NCBI GenBank assembly: GCA_021613535.1
Contig: CP075492.1
Location: 14,446,001-14,510,000 of the forward strand
DNA length: 64,000 nt
Reading direction: 5' to 3'
Source: Adineta vaga
Taxonomy: Eukaryota; Animalia; Rotifera
The translations under genes and the position numbers were made by a program. Of the stretch, positions 39,136 to 51,017 are shown piece after piece. Position 1 is the stretch's first letter; each line of letters starts with the position of its first letter. Under the pieces are notes generated by a model. That model made no database searches. It was not told where the DNA came from and was given only the letters and a program-made list of their open reading frames with translations.

Positions 39136-40182
39136 CACTATCACTAATACTTCGATCGATTATAATAACGTTTAACAAAACACACACGATGATGTCTTGC
39201 ATATAGATATAAAATAACCTTTGATGATAAATTGTGATCTATGTAGAAATATATATAATTAAGAGTTATAAATAGAATGACCTTTTTCGAAAAAAAACAA
39301 ATGATATAAGTGAGTGCATTTAGCTTTCGTTTTTTCAAACAGGCAGGAATATTACTTGTGTTGACGAAGTGTTTTTCGATATTGTCTTATGATGGCATTG
39401 TAAAGATAGTATACAATAATAATTAACCATAACGAAAAACAAAGATTCACTTTTATATAATTTTGAGTGAAAGATGTTTTGTAAGTATTTGAAGAAACTC
39501 AATAAGAAAATTGGTCAAGTTATTTATTCCTACTTCGCTTTAATAGTTGATTCAATCAAAACTCACAAAGTCGATGTGTTACTTATCTCTACTATGAAGT
39601 TTTTCATTTGATTGAAAAATATATAAAGATTTATTTTCTATTTCTCAATTGGGTTAAGATATGTGCTGTTTATTATTGATATAATTCGTTATTCAACTAA
39701 GAACTGTTTTATTTCAATTTGATAACATTTAATTTTTCTCGAACTGTGAAAGTATACTACAAGGATAGTCTTTCATGATAAACACACATGACAAGCTGTC
39801 AGAAATGATTAGAAAAAAACAATAATGATTTTAATTTTACTTTAGTAATCACAAGAGATGTTATTTACCTTTCTATTCTCTAAAGTGAGTATTGATTTAT
39901 GAATATGAATAAAAAATGTCATGTCCATATTGCGTTTGACAGTGAGAAAACTCCTTTTTTTATATATTCATGATTAAATGTTTCGACGTATAATGCCCAG
40001 ATTCTCTTACTCTCATGATTCAGCGAGTTATCTGTATTTACACAGGAACAATTGCTTTTGTTTTTCCGAGCATATTGTCTATTTCATTCTCTACCCACGT
40101 TGTTGCCATATATCATTTTTATTATAGTGTAGACAAAATAACTTTGATTATATCAAAAATTGTATAGTAAGTCGCCGTTAAC

Positions 40183-41757
40183 ATGATAAATACATACTTC
40201 ATCTCTATAGCAATATGCATGTTACTCGGTATTTTGTTTCTAACTTGTCTGTGGAATCGCTCTTATACTATAAAGTACTCATTACAACCTGTGAATTTGA
40301 ATATGACAGCTAAAATCAAGAGAAATCAGCTAAACAAAATGTTATTTGTTTGGATTTTTCATGATGTTTATGAAAATGACCAATTACGATTAATTATAAA
40401 ACATTTGAAGCAAATTGCATCCTATACTTTTTCATTGAATGATTATGATGACTGCAAATTATGGTTGATGAAATCGAATCATATTAAAAATATTCATTTA
40501 GTTGTTTCTGATACATTTGCCAGACGTATCGTACCTTACATTCATCATTTACGAATAATCAATGCTATCCATGTATATTCTAAGAATTCTGAATTCGATC
40601 AAGGGTGGAGTACAAATTACAATAAAGTGCGCAAAGCTGATTTAGATATGAAATTTCTAATGAACTACCTGCCATCAATATCTTCGAGAAAATTCAAAAG
40701 TAGCAAAAATTCGAAACACGATCTGCTGTTAGTTTCAAGCGTTCAAGGTGATTTTACCAAAATACGGGCATCATTCGACATGTATATTCGAAAATCATTA
40801 GTTCTACAAACATCCTTTGACAAGTATGAAAAAATACTTTCAGGAAATTTAAATGGTCTTGATTACTATCAATTTGTTGTCGTTGATATTACAAAACGTA
40901 TAAGTCCATTAGCTACCGCTATGCTAAAATCCTTAATTGCGATGACAGAAAATGCCATCATTATATTTCAAGATAACGTAGAAATTGACTTTATTTATCT
41001 ATCTGGCAAGATCACATGTTTTTTTGCAAGCAGTCAATTTGTCGCCGCAATGACTGATAAACCCAAAGGGATCTTTATTTTAGAAGATGACAAAGAGAAA
41101 ATTGATAATCGACAACGATTTGCTAGTGGGGAACATCTTGTATTACAATTGGCGGATGAATTATATCGAAGTTACATTGACGAAGCAAGTAGACATTTAA
41201 AATCTGGAAATACAATGGAAGCATCTATAAAACAAGAAGTTGCCAGTAAAATCGATGATCAACTGAAAAAGATTCACAAATCCATGTCTTTACAAAGAGA
41301 TATTTCTGAATCACAGATGGATATGACAGTAACAGTTGTATGGCTCAAATCAAAACAAAATAATAGTGAAGTCGAAGGATTACGAAGTATTCTTGATAAT
41401 ATTGTCACATTATTTCAACCGTTCAACAATGTAACAGATTGTTTTACGTATAAACGACTGAATATTCTATATGGTACAATATTTCTCATTGTGGATAATG
41501 ACTATGATGCTTCAATTGTAGCAAATGTTCGACAATTTTTACATGCAAAAAGAGTTTATTGTTATGGAGAAACATCATCAGAACATGAAGCAGTTATCGA
41601 TGATTATAATGATCTTTGTTTTGAATTAATAACCGATCTTGCTTCACATTACAGCAAATTAGGCTTTGCTTGCAGTACCAGAGAGGATAAGAAAACAGCA
41701 GCTAAAATCATGTTTGACAAAGCATCTAAACTTTACAAAATGCTTGTTATATTTTAA
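40183..41757 (+). CDS. Uncharacterised 524-aa protein with N-terminal hydrophobic segment and repeated receiver-like alpha/beta modules
   Basis: Module VWI..FSLNDYDDCKLWL..IHLVVS..IVPYIHHL..IHVYS recurs as VWL..FNNVTDCFTY..IFLIVD..VYCYG. From recall, it resembles the N-terminal module of bdelloid ART/TPR proteins. Confidence 0.6.
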   Translation: MINTYFISIAICMLLGILFLTCLWNRSYTIKYSLQPVNLNMTAKIKRNQLNKMLFVWIFHDVYENDQLRLIIKHLKQIASYTFSLNDYDDCKLWLMKSNHIKNIHLVVSDTFARRIVPYIHHLRIINAIHVYSKNSEFDQGWSTNYNKVRKADLDMKFLMNYLPSISSRKFKSSKNSKHDLLLVSSVQGDFTKIRASFDMYIRKSLVLQTSFDKYEKILSGNLNGLDYYQFVVVDITKRISPLATAMLKSLIAMTENAIIIFQDNVEIDFIYLSGKITCFFASSQFVAAMTDKPKGIFILEDDKEKIDNRQRFASGEHLVLQLADELYRSYIDEASRHLKSGNTMEASIKQEVASKIDDQLKKIHKSMSLQRDISESQMDMTVTVVWLKSKQNNSEVEGLRSILDNIVTLFQPFNNVTDCFTYKRLNILYGTIFLIVDNDYDASIVANVRQFLHAKRVYCYGETSSEHEAVIDDYNDLCFELITDLASHYSKLGFACSTREDKKTAAKIMFDKASKLYKMLVIF

Positions 41758-41848
41758 AAAAACTATACGAGAAAATTCTTTTTTTTTCTTTTGCTTGTTT
41801 TATGTAAGTCTTTTAAAATCATATTCTAATCAAGTTCCAAAATTTTAG

Positions 41849-42394
41849 ATGTTAACCATTTCTCATATTGAATTCAAACATGATCCATACAATCATGCTG
41901 TCAATTGTGCTCTATTACTTCATGAAATGCAAGGTGTATGTGCAGTTATAAAAGTACCCCATGCTCGTATAATCAATTTTATTCAAGTCTTTTATGCAAC
42001 AATAGATTGTCAAAATTATATTAGAGAAAATATGAATAAACAAACGGCATTATTTGCATATGATCGAAATATGAGACCATGGCTAGCAGTCACTCGTGAC
42101 ATACCAAATAATCTTAAAGAAATAAAAATCTTTTGTCATTGTGAAGATTACTCTTATGTTCGAGATTGGACGAATTTATATCGTGAAAGATTTCAAAATA
42201 CTACTTTTGATATATGTACATTTGACGATTTAAATACAGAATTATTAACATATGGTCTCAAATATATCAGAAAACTTCGTAGACAATTTAAAAACGACAT
42301 CAATATAATTAATCAATTGGATCAGGATTTCAATGATATACGAAATGCATTAGAAGATCAAGCAATACGAAGAGCAACTGTAGATGAGATGTAA
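41849..42394 (+). CDS. Uncharacterised 181-aa protein with a degenerate receiver-like module
   Basis: FIQVFYATIDCQNYI..NLKEIKIFC..DDLNTELL resembles the module in the upstream gene; the ATG directly follows a ttttag acceptor. Confidence 0.55.
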   Translation: MLTISHIEFKHDPYNHAVNCALLLHEMQGVCAVIKVPHARIINFIQVFYATIDCQNYIRENMNKQTALFAYDRNMRPWLAVTRDIPNNLKEIKIFCHCEDYSYVRDWTNLYRERFQNTTFDICTFDDLNTELLTYGLKYIRKLRRQFKNDINIINQLDQDFNDIRNALEDQAIRRATVDEM

Positions 42395-42798
42395 TTGATG
42401 GTATAACTGTCTGAACATATACTAATAAGTGTCGGACATGACACTCTCAAACATATTATCAAGATCGTTTTTTTTATAAGATTGATAATAAATCTTGAGG
42501 GTATGAGTATCATATGTATCTCACTCATACATTTTTCAAATAGTTAGGAATGCATAATTCTGATAATATTATTCTCTCATGTGTCTTCTTGATGATGTCG
42601 GCTTTGCTGTCAGATGAATGTCTAGATTAGCATTTTTTGCAATAGTAACAACAAAGGTGAAAAAAATCTCTCATCACACATTCAATTTAGTTAGTTTTCT
42701 TATTTTTATTTAATTAAATTTGGAAATACACCCAAGAAAATTCAAGGACAAAATATGAATATGTAGCAATTCGATCATGTCTTTAATAAGATTTTGTC

Positions 42799-43900
42799 TT
42801 AAGTTACACGAAATAATTTAATTAATTCTTTTCGAAATATGGCACCACATAGTGTATAAATATAAAACTTGATAGTATTATTGAGGAAGAAACATATCAC
42901 ACTGGCATTAAAGATTGTATTTTCAATTGATTGACGTAGACTAGTTCTTGTGTCATAAATTGTTGCAACAGAATAGAATTTGTAGATACTAACAGGAAAT
43001 GCCGAAATAATGAAGATGACAACCTATCAATAGAATCGATAAGAAAAATAGTTCAATTCAGTGTTTTTTTTTTCGTACCTGTATAAGTAATATTGTAATT
43101 AATTGTGCATTATGTTTTTGTGCTGTACGATTTGTTTTCACTGGCTGTGATTGTGTGTTGGAAATAGGTTTGATATCTATTGATTGTTGTTGTTCCTGAA
43201 TAGGAAAATTTGCTGTCGCCAATGATTCCATTAGAATAGGTGAATTTGTTACATGTATCGCATGGATCCGGCGCCGTTTCTCACGTATATTTCGTAAAAG
43301 TAAAAATCCAAAGACAATCATTACCACTGCAGGTGATATGATTTCCAATAAAAATTGAATTAAACTATCAGCTATTTGACATGCAATATTCTGTTTCAAT
43401 TGATAACATGATTGAGGTGCACCTAATAATTGTTGATTAATATCAATACAATAAAATTGTTCACTAAATGCAATAATTCCTAAGATGACAACGAAAATAA
43501 TCGATAGATAAGCACGTTTTGTTGTAACACGTTCACGTTGCCGAACATTTGTTGATGAACAAAAATATCGTTCAATACAAGCTAAACTAACAAACCATGC
43601 GCCAGTAAATGCTGATAGATAAGTAATGAAAAATCTTAGTTTACAAAATATACTTGAAAATTGTGCCGGATCAATACTATATCCATAGAGGAAACGAGTG
43701 AGTAGACCAATACCAATAGAAAATGAATCCGAGATTGTTGATGCCAAGAAATAAATCACACAAATATTCTTACGGAATATTTTACGTGTAAATACAAATA
43801 TGTTTAAAATATTTCCAATGGTACCAAGAAATAGAAGTGGAATCGTAGCATAACGATTAATTGATTGATTGATAAAAGCAAAATTGATGGATGAAGACAT
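42799..43900 (-). CDS. Rhodopsin-class (family A) orphan GPCR, 2 exons
   Basis: GTIGNILN, FCKLRFF, ACIERY; intron 43078-43024; exon 2 encodes TM6-7 (FYIYTLCGAIFRKEL) and ends at TAA 42799. Confidence 0.9.
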
Positions 43901-45488
43901 AGATGAATTCGAAATTAATCTATAAATAAGGGAAAAGATCAGCTAAAAAGATTGATTTATTTAAATTTATAGAAAACAGCCTTTTCTCATCATATTATTT
44001 GCTCTACAGTGCTAGAATTGCGTTTCCTGGTCAACTTATCTGTCATTTGTAACTGTCATCGAAGATTATTTAGATTAATGCATTTTTCAGAATGAATATT
44101 TATACATTATCTAATTGAATTCAAAAAAAAATGTAATTATTCTCAACATCTTTTGCATCTATCCACACTAACCATATAGAGTTACGGATTATCAGATGAC
44201 ATAAATAGTCATTTGATGCAGCTAACAGCATGGAATAAACTTAGACTGTTACTGCTATATGGTATTATTCTCTATACAAAAATAATTAGAACAAGAAGCG
44301 ACTCTACTAATTTTCTAAAGACACAACATATATCTCGTAGAAATGAGAATAGTTATATTCAGCTCATTCAGGATGCTGCGTTACTGCAAAGAGACTTAAC
44401 CAAAGATCTTCTATAGGTAAAATTGACGAGTTATTTAGTCGTTTTGCTTTGTATAGTAACTTGATAGAGTTATGATGATATACTGCTACTCGATGCTTCA
44501 AAGGTCTTTCTTATATTTAATTCTCACCTGTCGGATTAGAATTTCTTTCTGAACTAATGAGATCCATTCATTAGCTTTCGTTCGATGTCATTAGTGTCTC
44601 AAACGTCAACATCAATATAATTTTGTTTCAAGGAAGCATAAAATGAACTTGTCATACCATCTGTTTTGAGTAAAACAAACACCAGAATATCATGGATAAC
44701 AATCAAGTTTTTTTTAGTGATTTCATCACAATTATAATGATATATTCAATGAATAGAAATATAGAGGGAATAAGAAGACCATCTCGCATTCGACTCTTTT
44801 GTGCGATCGTTGTTGTATAAACGCCGTTCATGAATGTTAAAGCTTTTAAATTAGGAAAATAGTGTAAGAAATCATAATTTCGTCGATATTCATCAGATTA
44901 AAGTGTGTTGAATTCTAGATATTGAATTTGATGATGGACAATATTAAGTTAAGTAAAATCTTTCAGTGACATTCGTTGTAATCAATGTCAAAATTCCGAT
45001 GGGACTGTATTTTTATAATCGAGTAAAAGCAAAGTTTATGATCATTGTGAAATTGTGAAATGCATAAAATAGATCGTACTATTTTAAATAACAAAAGACA
45101 ATTAAAATAACTTCATCTAGTAATGATTCCATGTCTTTCACATTGAAAAAAAAAGAAGTATCAGTTATTTCATCAACATAGATAACAATAAAGCGAATCG
45201 TTACAAAAACAAAAAGAAAAGTCTTCTATTATAAAATTAGACGTCTTAATAGAAATCTCCTTTGAAAATTCCATTGAATTTTACGTTTTTACTCCGTTTC
45301 AACATTGATCGAATAATTATTCTTACAAGCATGATTGATTATCGTTCTATAAGCAAAAACATACACAATAGATATTTTTGTTTTTTGTTTCTTCTATTAT
45401 TAAGCAAAGAAAAGAACATGTGCGCACGAATATAGTCAACAATAATCGTTGAATAAACTATCATTATTGATATATAAAAGTATATTTA

Positions 45489-46022
45489 ATGGCTGGTGTA
45501 GCAAAACTTTTTAATGGACATATTTACAATAAATTAAATGAAGAAGTTGATCTTGATGCAAAAGATTTGAAAAGTAAAATAATTGGTTTGTATTTTAGTG
45601 CTCATTGGTATGTTGAAAATCGAATGATACATTCAATATTGTATGTAAATAAACTTTATTTTAGGTGTCCACCATGTCGTAATTTTACTCCGAAATTAGT
45701 TGCATTTTATCAACAATATGCTCAAGCAAAAAATTTTGAAATCATTTTTCTTAGTTCTGATTCCGATGAACAATCATTCTATAATTATTATCATGAGATG
45801 CCTTGGTTAAGATTAGATTATAGAGAACGAGAAAAAAAACAAGAGTTAGAATATAAATATGGTGTAAATGGAATCCCTATGTTAGTTCTATTGGATGGCA
45901 AATCAGGAAATATTATATCCACTGATGCAAGACAACAACTTGAATTCCAAGATCCACATGGAGAGAATTTTCCATGGGGTGACGTTGAAAACCGATGTTG
46001 TTCCAGTTGCTGTTTAATGTAA
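45489..46022 (+). CDS. Nucleoredoxin/tryparedoxin-like thioredoxin (WCPPC) with C-terminal CaaX, ~158 aa after splicing
   Basis: Removing intron 45608-45664 (gtatgt..tttag) gives LYFSAHWCPPCRNFTPKL; also FEIIFLSSD, EMPWL, GIPMLVLL, FPW. Ends CCSSCCLM*. Confidence 0.9.
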   Translation: MAGVAKLFNGHIYNKLNEEVDLDAKDLKSKIIGLYFSAHWYVENRMIHSILYVNKLYFRCPPCRNFTPKLVAFYQQYAQAKNFEIIFLSSDSDEQSFYNYYHEMPWLRLDYREREKKQELEYKYGVNGIPMLVLLDGKSGNIISTDARQQLEFQDPHGENFPWGDVENRCCSSCCLM

Positions 46023-46489
46023 TTTCATATATTTTTGAAATAAACATTTGAGGGTGGGTGGGTGTGGGTGAAAATAAAAAAGATCCATCCACATTCACAC
46101 CTACACCTTCAATCTACCTAACACATATATAATGATTTCTTGTTTTTTATTATTCGCGGTGTTGGATTACAATGAAAGAAGTCATCCACAATCATCTAAT
46201 TCTCAATGTTGATAAGAAGGAAAAAAAGCCATGTCTTCTCTATGACACATACAGCAGTACACGCGTTTTGTTATTTCGTAATCATCTTGTAATTATGTAA
46301 GGACAGCTTATACTTATATATCTTTGAGTTGTAAAATATATGTGACTACAAATAGTTTCATTCTGTAAAATGGGAAGAATACAAAAAAATAATGTTCTTA
46401 ATTATCATACTATAAAAATAGGTAAACATCGTGTTTAATCATTGTTTTTACTCGTTTGATGTTTTTTTAGTAAATACATCAGATACTAA

Positions 46490-48277
46490 ATGGTTTGTTG
46501 TCTAGATATAATATTGTTTCTTATTTATTTTCAAATTATTTTTAGTTTTACACAACAATTTCCGACTCATTTCGAAGACTTATCTCATGAAATCATCTAT
46601 GAAATATTTGAATATCTTGATACATTCGATATTTATGATGCATTTTTCAATCTCAACATTCGATTTCGCAAATTATTTACTCATTCAAATCTTCCTATTA
46701 AACTTCAAATATCATCTATATCAAAATCTGATCTTGAATATTATTCTGCCAATATAATTCTTGTTTATTTGCATCGAATAACTTCACTGTATATAACGAA
46801 TAGTTTGAGCTACGATCTAAATATTTCTCCACTTAATATTCTAACCAAATATAATCGATTAGAAACATTAATACTTGAACAATTTCCAAAGGAATATCTT
46901 GATAAGCTCTTTCAAGATTTAACTTCCTTATCAAATCTTTCAACATTAATTATTCTCTGTTCCGAGCGTATTAGAAATACAAATCAATATCTTCTTCAAA
47001 TATTTCGTTTACCTGTTTTAAAATATTGTAAAATATTCCTGGCGAGTTTTAATGACGCGATTATATTACCATTTGCAATCGATGAACATAGTTCAATTGA
47101 ACATCTTGTTATCGAACATGGAATTTTGTTTCGAAATATTGATCGATTATTATCATATTTTCCACAACTTCGACGGTTATCGTTGAAACATTCTTTTCAA
47201 GAGAAGGAGTTTATCTTAAATCAATCAATTGTATTGCCTCATGTAACACATTTATTTCTCGATTTAGGTCAATTTAGTTTCGATAATTTTGTATATTTAA
47301 TCAAGAATTTCTTTCCAAAAATAGAAGTTTTACATCTTTATGCATATGGTGAAGAAGAATATCTCAATCCTAATCGATGGGAAGAATTAATTCTATCGTC
47401 AATGCCATCTTTACGTATTTTTGATATTAATATCTCGTCTTCTATTCCTAGTTCTTCCATATTGTTATTAGATCAATTCAAATCATCGTTTTGGGTCGAT
47501 CGACGATGGTCTTTTTCTCATCATGGTTTGCGCTTTGGTAATAGGTATTCAGCAAAATTCTATTCAATAAATCCTTATCGAAGTAAAACATATCAATTTG
47601 GATGGTTGACAAACTACTTTATTGAACCAACATATGCAAATACAAATCTAAATTCTGTTCGTCATGTTTGTTTTTATGGTCAACAATCAATTTACAAATC
47701 TAAACATAAATTTTTCAATGCAAAAGAACTCATTTTGGACAGAATTACTTCAAAGAATATAAAATCACATATAATCGCTCTTCAACAAGTCATTTCGCTA
47801 GAAAATCTTACTAAATTAGATATTACGTCATATGAATATTCATTTAAACAATTAATCGAATTCTTATCATTTACACATAATCTATTAACATTGAAAATAC
47901 GTCGTATATATCAACTTGATGAAACAGATTTTGTGACACTTCCAAATAATGAACTATTTCAATTTGTATCGAATATAAATACGATTCAAAATTTAACAAT
48001 TACAAATCTAACGGAAGTCAAAGAAGTGAAATTATTATTTCTATTATGTCCTCGAATACGATACTTTATAATCCATCAACGTCAACGACATGCAACAGCA
48101 ATAGTCCGATTTCTATCATCAAAATTCAATGATATTGCTCGACATCTTATTTTGTTATCTATTTGTATCGATAATGGAAGATATTTAGAATCATTAAAAC
48201 AACTCGTTCAAACAAAAGATTGTTTACAAAATTGTTTTCTAAAAGTTCAAAATCATCAAGTATATTTATGGCGATAA
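46490..48277 (+). CDS. F-box-like/LRR-like protein of a lineage-expanded family
   Basis: FEDLSHEIIYEIFEYL F-box-like start, repeated LxxLxL units, RWEELILSSMPSLRIFD. The exact start is uncertain. Confidence 0.75.
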   Translation: MVCCLDIILFLIYFQIIFSFTQQFPTHFEDLSHEIIYEIFEYLDTFDIYDAFFNLNIRFRKLFTHSNLPIKLQISSISKSDLEYYSANIILVYLHRITSLYITNSLSYDLNISPLNILTKYNRLETLILEQFPKEYLDKLFQDLTSLSNLSTLIILCSERIRNTNQYLLQIFRLPVLKYCKIFLASFNDAIILPFAIDEHSSIEHLVIEHGILFRNIDRLLSYFPQLRRLSLKHSFQEKEFILNQSIVLPHVTHLFLDLGQFSFDNFVYLIKNFFPKIEVLHLYAYGEEEYLNPNRWEELILSSMPSLRIFDINISSSIPSSSILLLDQFKSSFWVDRRWSFSHHGLRFGNRYSAKFYSINPYRSKTYQFGWLTNYFIEPTYANTNLNSVRHVCFYGQQSIYKSKHKFFNAKELILDRITSKNIKSHIIALQQVISLENLTKLDITSYEYSFKQLIEFLSFTHNLLTLKIRRIYQLDETDFVTLPNNELFQFVSNINTIQNLTITNLTEVKEVKLLFLLCPRIRYFIIHQRQRHATAIVRFLSSKFNDIARHLILLSICIDNGRYLESLKQLVQTKDCLQNCFLKVQNHQVYLWR

Positions 48278-48723
48278 ACAAATGCAATTGATAATAAAAG
48301 TTTCTTTCTCTCAATCATTTGTTACCGCGGTGCATTAAGCAAACCAGGGACAAGTTCTACTTCAGAATTCATCTTTTTCCATAAGTTCTTTAATTTGATC
48401 TTGAATTAGACTAAACATATTCATTAGTTGATCGTTTCGTTAAAAAAAATAACATATAATTAGCGAAACATTGTTTTGTTTTGATGATAGTGGAAATATG
48501 TAAAGAATATGTGTATCTTACCGAATTGTTTGCAAAGAAAAAGAGAGGAAGAGTGCAGATTTTTTTTAATGGAACAAAAAAACAAGGAATAGCAAAATGA
48601 GATTAAAATACATTTGATTATACAACATAAGTTTATATTCATGTCATGACATGTCGTGAGTTTGTTTATTCTGTGTATACAGATTTTCATTCGATTTATA
48701 ACGATAGAATTCATTTTCCATCC

Positions 48724-49695
48724 TTAAACTTTTGATGTATTATATTGTCGTTGATTTAATGTGTCTTGACTTGGATTGATTCGTGTTTGTTTGAAAATGT
48801 ATTTGTACCAAAAACGAGTTAATAAACCGATGCATTCATTTCGAAATGGTTTTGATACTAATAGAAATAGATAGAAAGGAACAACACCTAGGAGATAGAG
48901 AAGAAATTGAGTAATGAAGGTAATAAATGATTCAATTTCAATTCGTTGTGTACTTTTGTTCGTAACATAATATGTCAATGCTCCATACAAAAGATTCATT
49001 GCATAGGGAATCGATGTAAATATATTTACCATGACTTCAGCAATTACCATACGTGTCAGGCATCGATCGTTTTGTCTGATATAGATATGAGTAACATCAC
49101 GTTGACGATGTAATCTACGAATAGCAAGAATACTGAATATACTCATCAGTATCGGTGGTGCAATACTAAAAACGATAATTTGATAAATTGCATAGAATAA
49201 TTTGTATGTGCCAAACATACCACAAACACCATCTTGTAAATTGATTAGAATTGGCATATGTAAAGGAATCAATATGCATACTAGAGACATCATACAAATA
49301 ATAATCCATGCTGTTTTAATGGAACTGAACGAACGAATACGAGCTTTGGTAGATGTGATGAAAAATCGATCAACACAAGCAAAAACGACAGCGAAACGGG
49401 AAAGCAAGCCAGACGTATGACTACCATATTGTCTCAATTTGCAATAGACTACCGATTGAGATTGAGGATCCCTGTTATTAAGAGTATACAGCAATGGAGA
49501 TATAGTCCATATTAAATAAATAATAGAAAATATTGAAAGAAAAAGTAAATAAATAGAACTAGGGGCACGACGGTATGAACGTCGTGTAAACATCATGCAA
49601 TTGAAAATATTTCCTATGAGACCAAATACGAGATAAATACTAGTCGCATAACGAATCATTTCTCGCTGTATCGATGGTAGATTTGTTGTTGACAT
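48724..49695 (-). CDS. Rhodopsin-class (family A) orphan GPCR, intronless
   Basis: GLIGNIFN, YCKLRQY, ACVDRF, PFYLFLLVSKPFR; seven hydrophobic segments. Confidence 0.9.
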   Translation of the reverse strand: MSTTNLPSIQREMIRYATSIYLVFGLIGNIFNCMMFTRRSYRRAPSSIYLLFLSIFSIIYLIWTISPLLYTLNNRDPQSQSVVYCKLRQYGSHTSGLLSRFAVVFACVDRFFITSTKARIRSFSSIKTAWIIICMMSLVCILIPLHMPILINLQDGVCGMFGTYKLFYAIYQIIVFSIAPPILMSIFSILAIRRLHRQRDVTHIYIRQNDRCLTRMVIAEVMVNIFTSIPYAMNLLYGALTYYVTNKSTQRIEIESFITFITQFLLYLLGVVPFYLFLLVSKPFRNECIGLLTRFWYKYIFKQTRINPSQDTLNQRQYNTSKV

Positions 49696-51017
49696 CGTTG
49701 TGAGACTTTAATGTATAGTGTTAGAATTATATACAGAGTTCAATTATGACAAAAGTGCATCTTCTTATCTGAACAAACAATGAGTTGTTAATTTGAAAAT
49801 TCAAGCTTAACAGAAACGCTGAAGGTGGTCTAGTGTTTTCATACTAATGAATACTTATTGTTTGGCACCCATTGGAATATCTTTCTAAGAATTTACTCTA
49901 TAATATTTTGTGTATTATTTATTACAATTATTCAAGTAGAAAATCTGTAATAAATCTCACAAATGGGTATACCAAAATGAATTTTCTCTGTTGTAAAACA
50001 CAACATTAACTTTCATCACAAATAATGCAAATGTTCTCTTAAAGTTTAAGAGAAAATGTAAATAAACCTATATAATTGACGTTAATAGTTTTCTACGATT
50101 TCATTATATGTCACGTCTTTTTCAAAGTGAACTTTTATGTTAAATGTGTAAACATAGGAAAGTCAGCGATTTCTTTATTTGTATTAACCTTTTTCAGACA
50201 GTGAACAGTAAAATGTTTTGTTTTATATTTAAAAAGGAAACTGAATCTTTCTTCACATATGTACTACGATCTAAAGTAAGTCATTATAAACATTAAACTT
50301 TTTGTACATGAGTTTGATATTAATATTTCATCGATAAATAATCAATGAGATAAGTTTTAATGGTTATATAATTGTTATTTCTAAATACAATTCAAGTCGG
50401 AAAAAAGAAACTTCTTTTCTAATACAACGAACGACTCACGAGTTAGAGTTTATTGATTTATTGTACTTCCAAATTTTTAAAAGACTTCTCGGTTAAGTCA
50501 TGAATGTTTATTATGTTTATGTAAAAAAAGACAAGTAATCGATCAAGAATATAAAAAGTGAGAGGACATAGTTGTGTACTTTACAATTACATTTCTCGTT
50601 TTCTTTTCTTAACAAAGCCAATTGTTTGTAACTCTCTTCTTTATTTCTCACGTTGATTGTTGAATAAATCAGAAGAGCGTAAAAATATTTTGACTTCTGA
50701 AACAATAGAACATCGTCTGGTAATAATCATGTAAGTAATTAATTTTCTTGAGTTTTCAATGACTATTTTTCTAAATATTAAAAAAATTGGAATGATTGAG
50801 TGTGGCTACAGGAACGTGTTAAGAAACTACCATGATGCTATTTTCATAAACTAGAAGAATAGCAAAATTATTGGAGCTTAAAGTTTTCAATATAATAGAG
50901 CTGATCTGTGTTGAATCACCATACTTATACTCTTTCTAAACAATATAAATTTTATTTTACATCACTTTAGAAATATAACATAAATGTGTCCTTTGATTTT
51001 ATATTAGTCGAAGACAT

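Noticed and set aside
44150-45100. Possible decayed coding sequence between the GPCR and nucleoredoxin genes
   Set aside because: Frames I translated hit stops quickly and gave no recognisable motif; it cannot be supported without a tBLASTx search.
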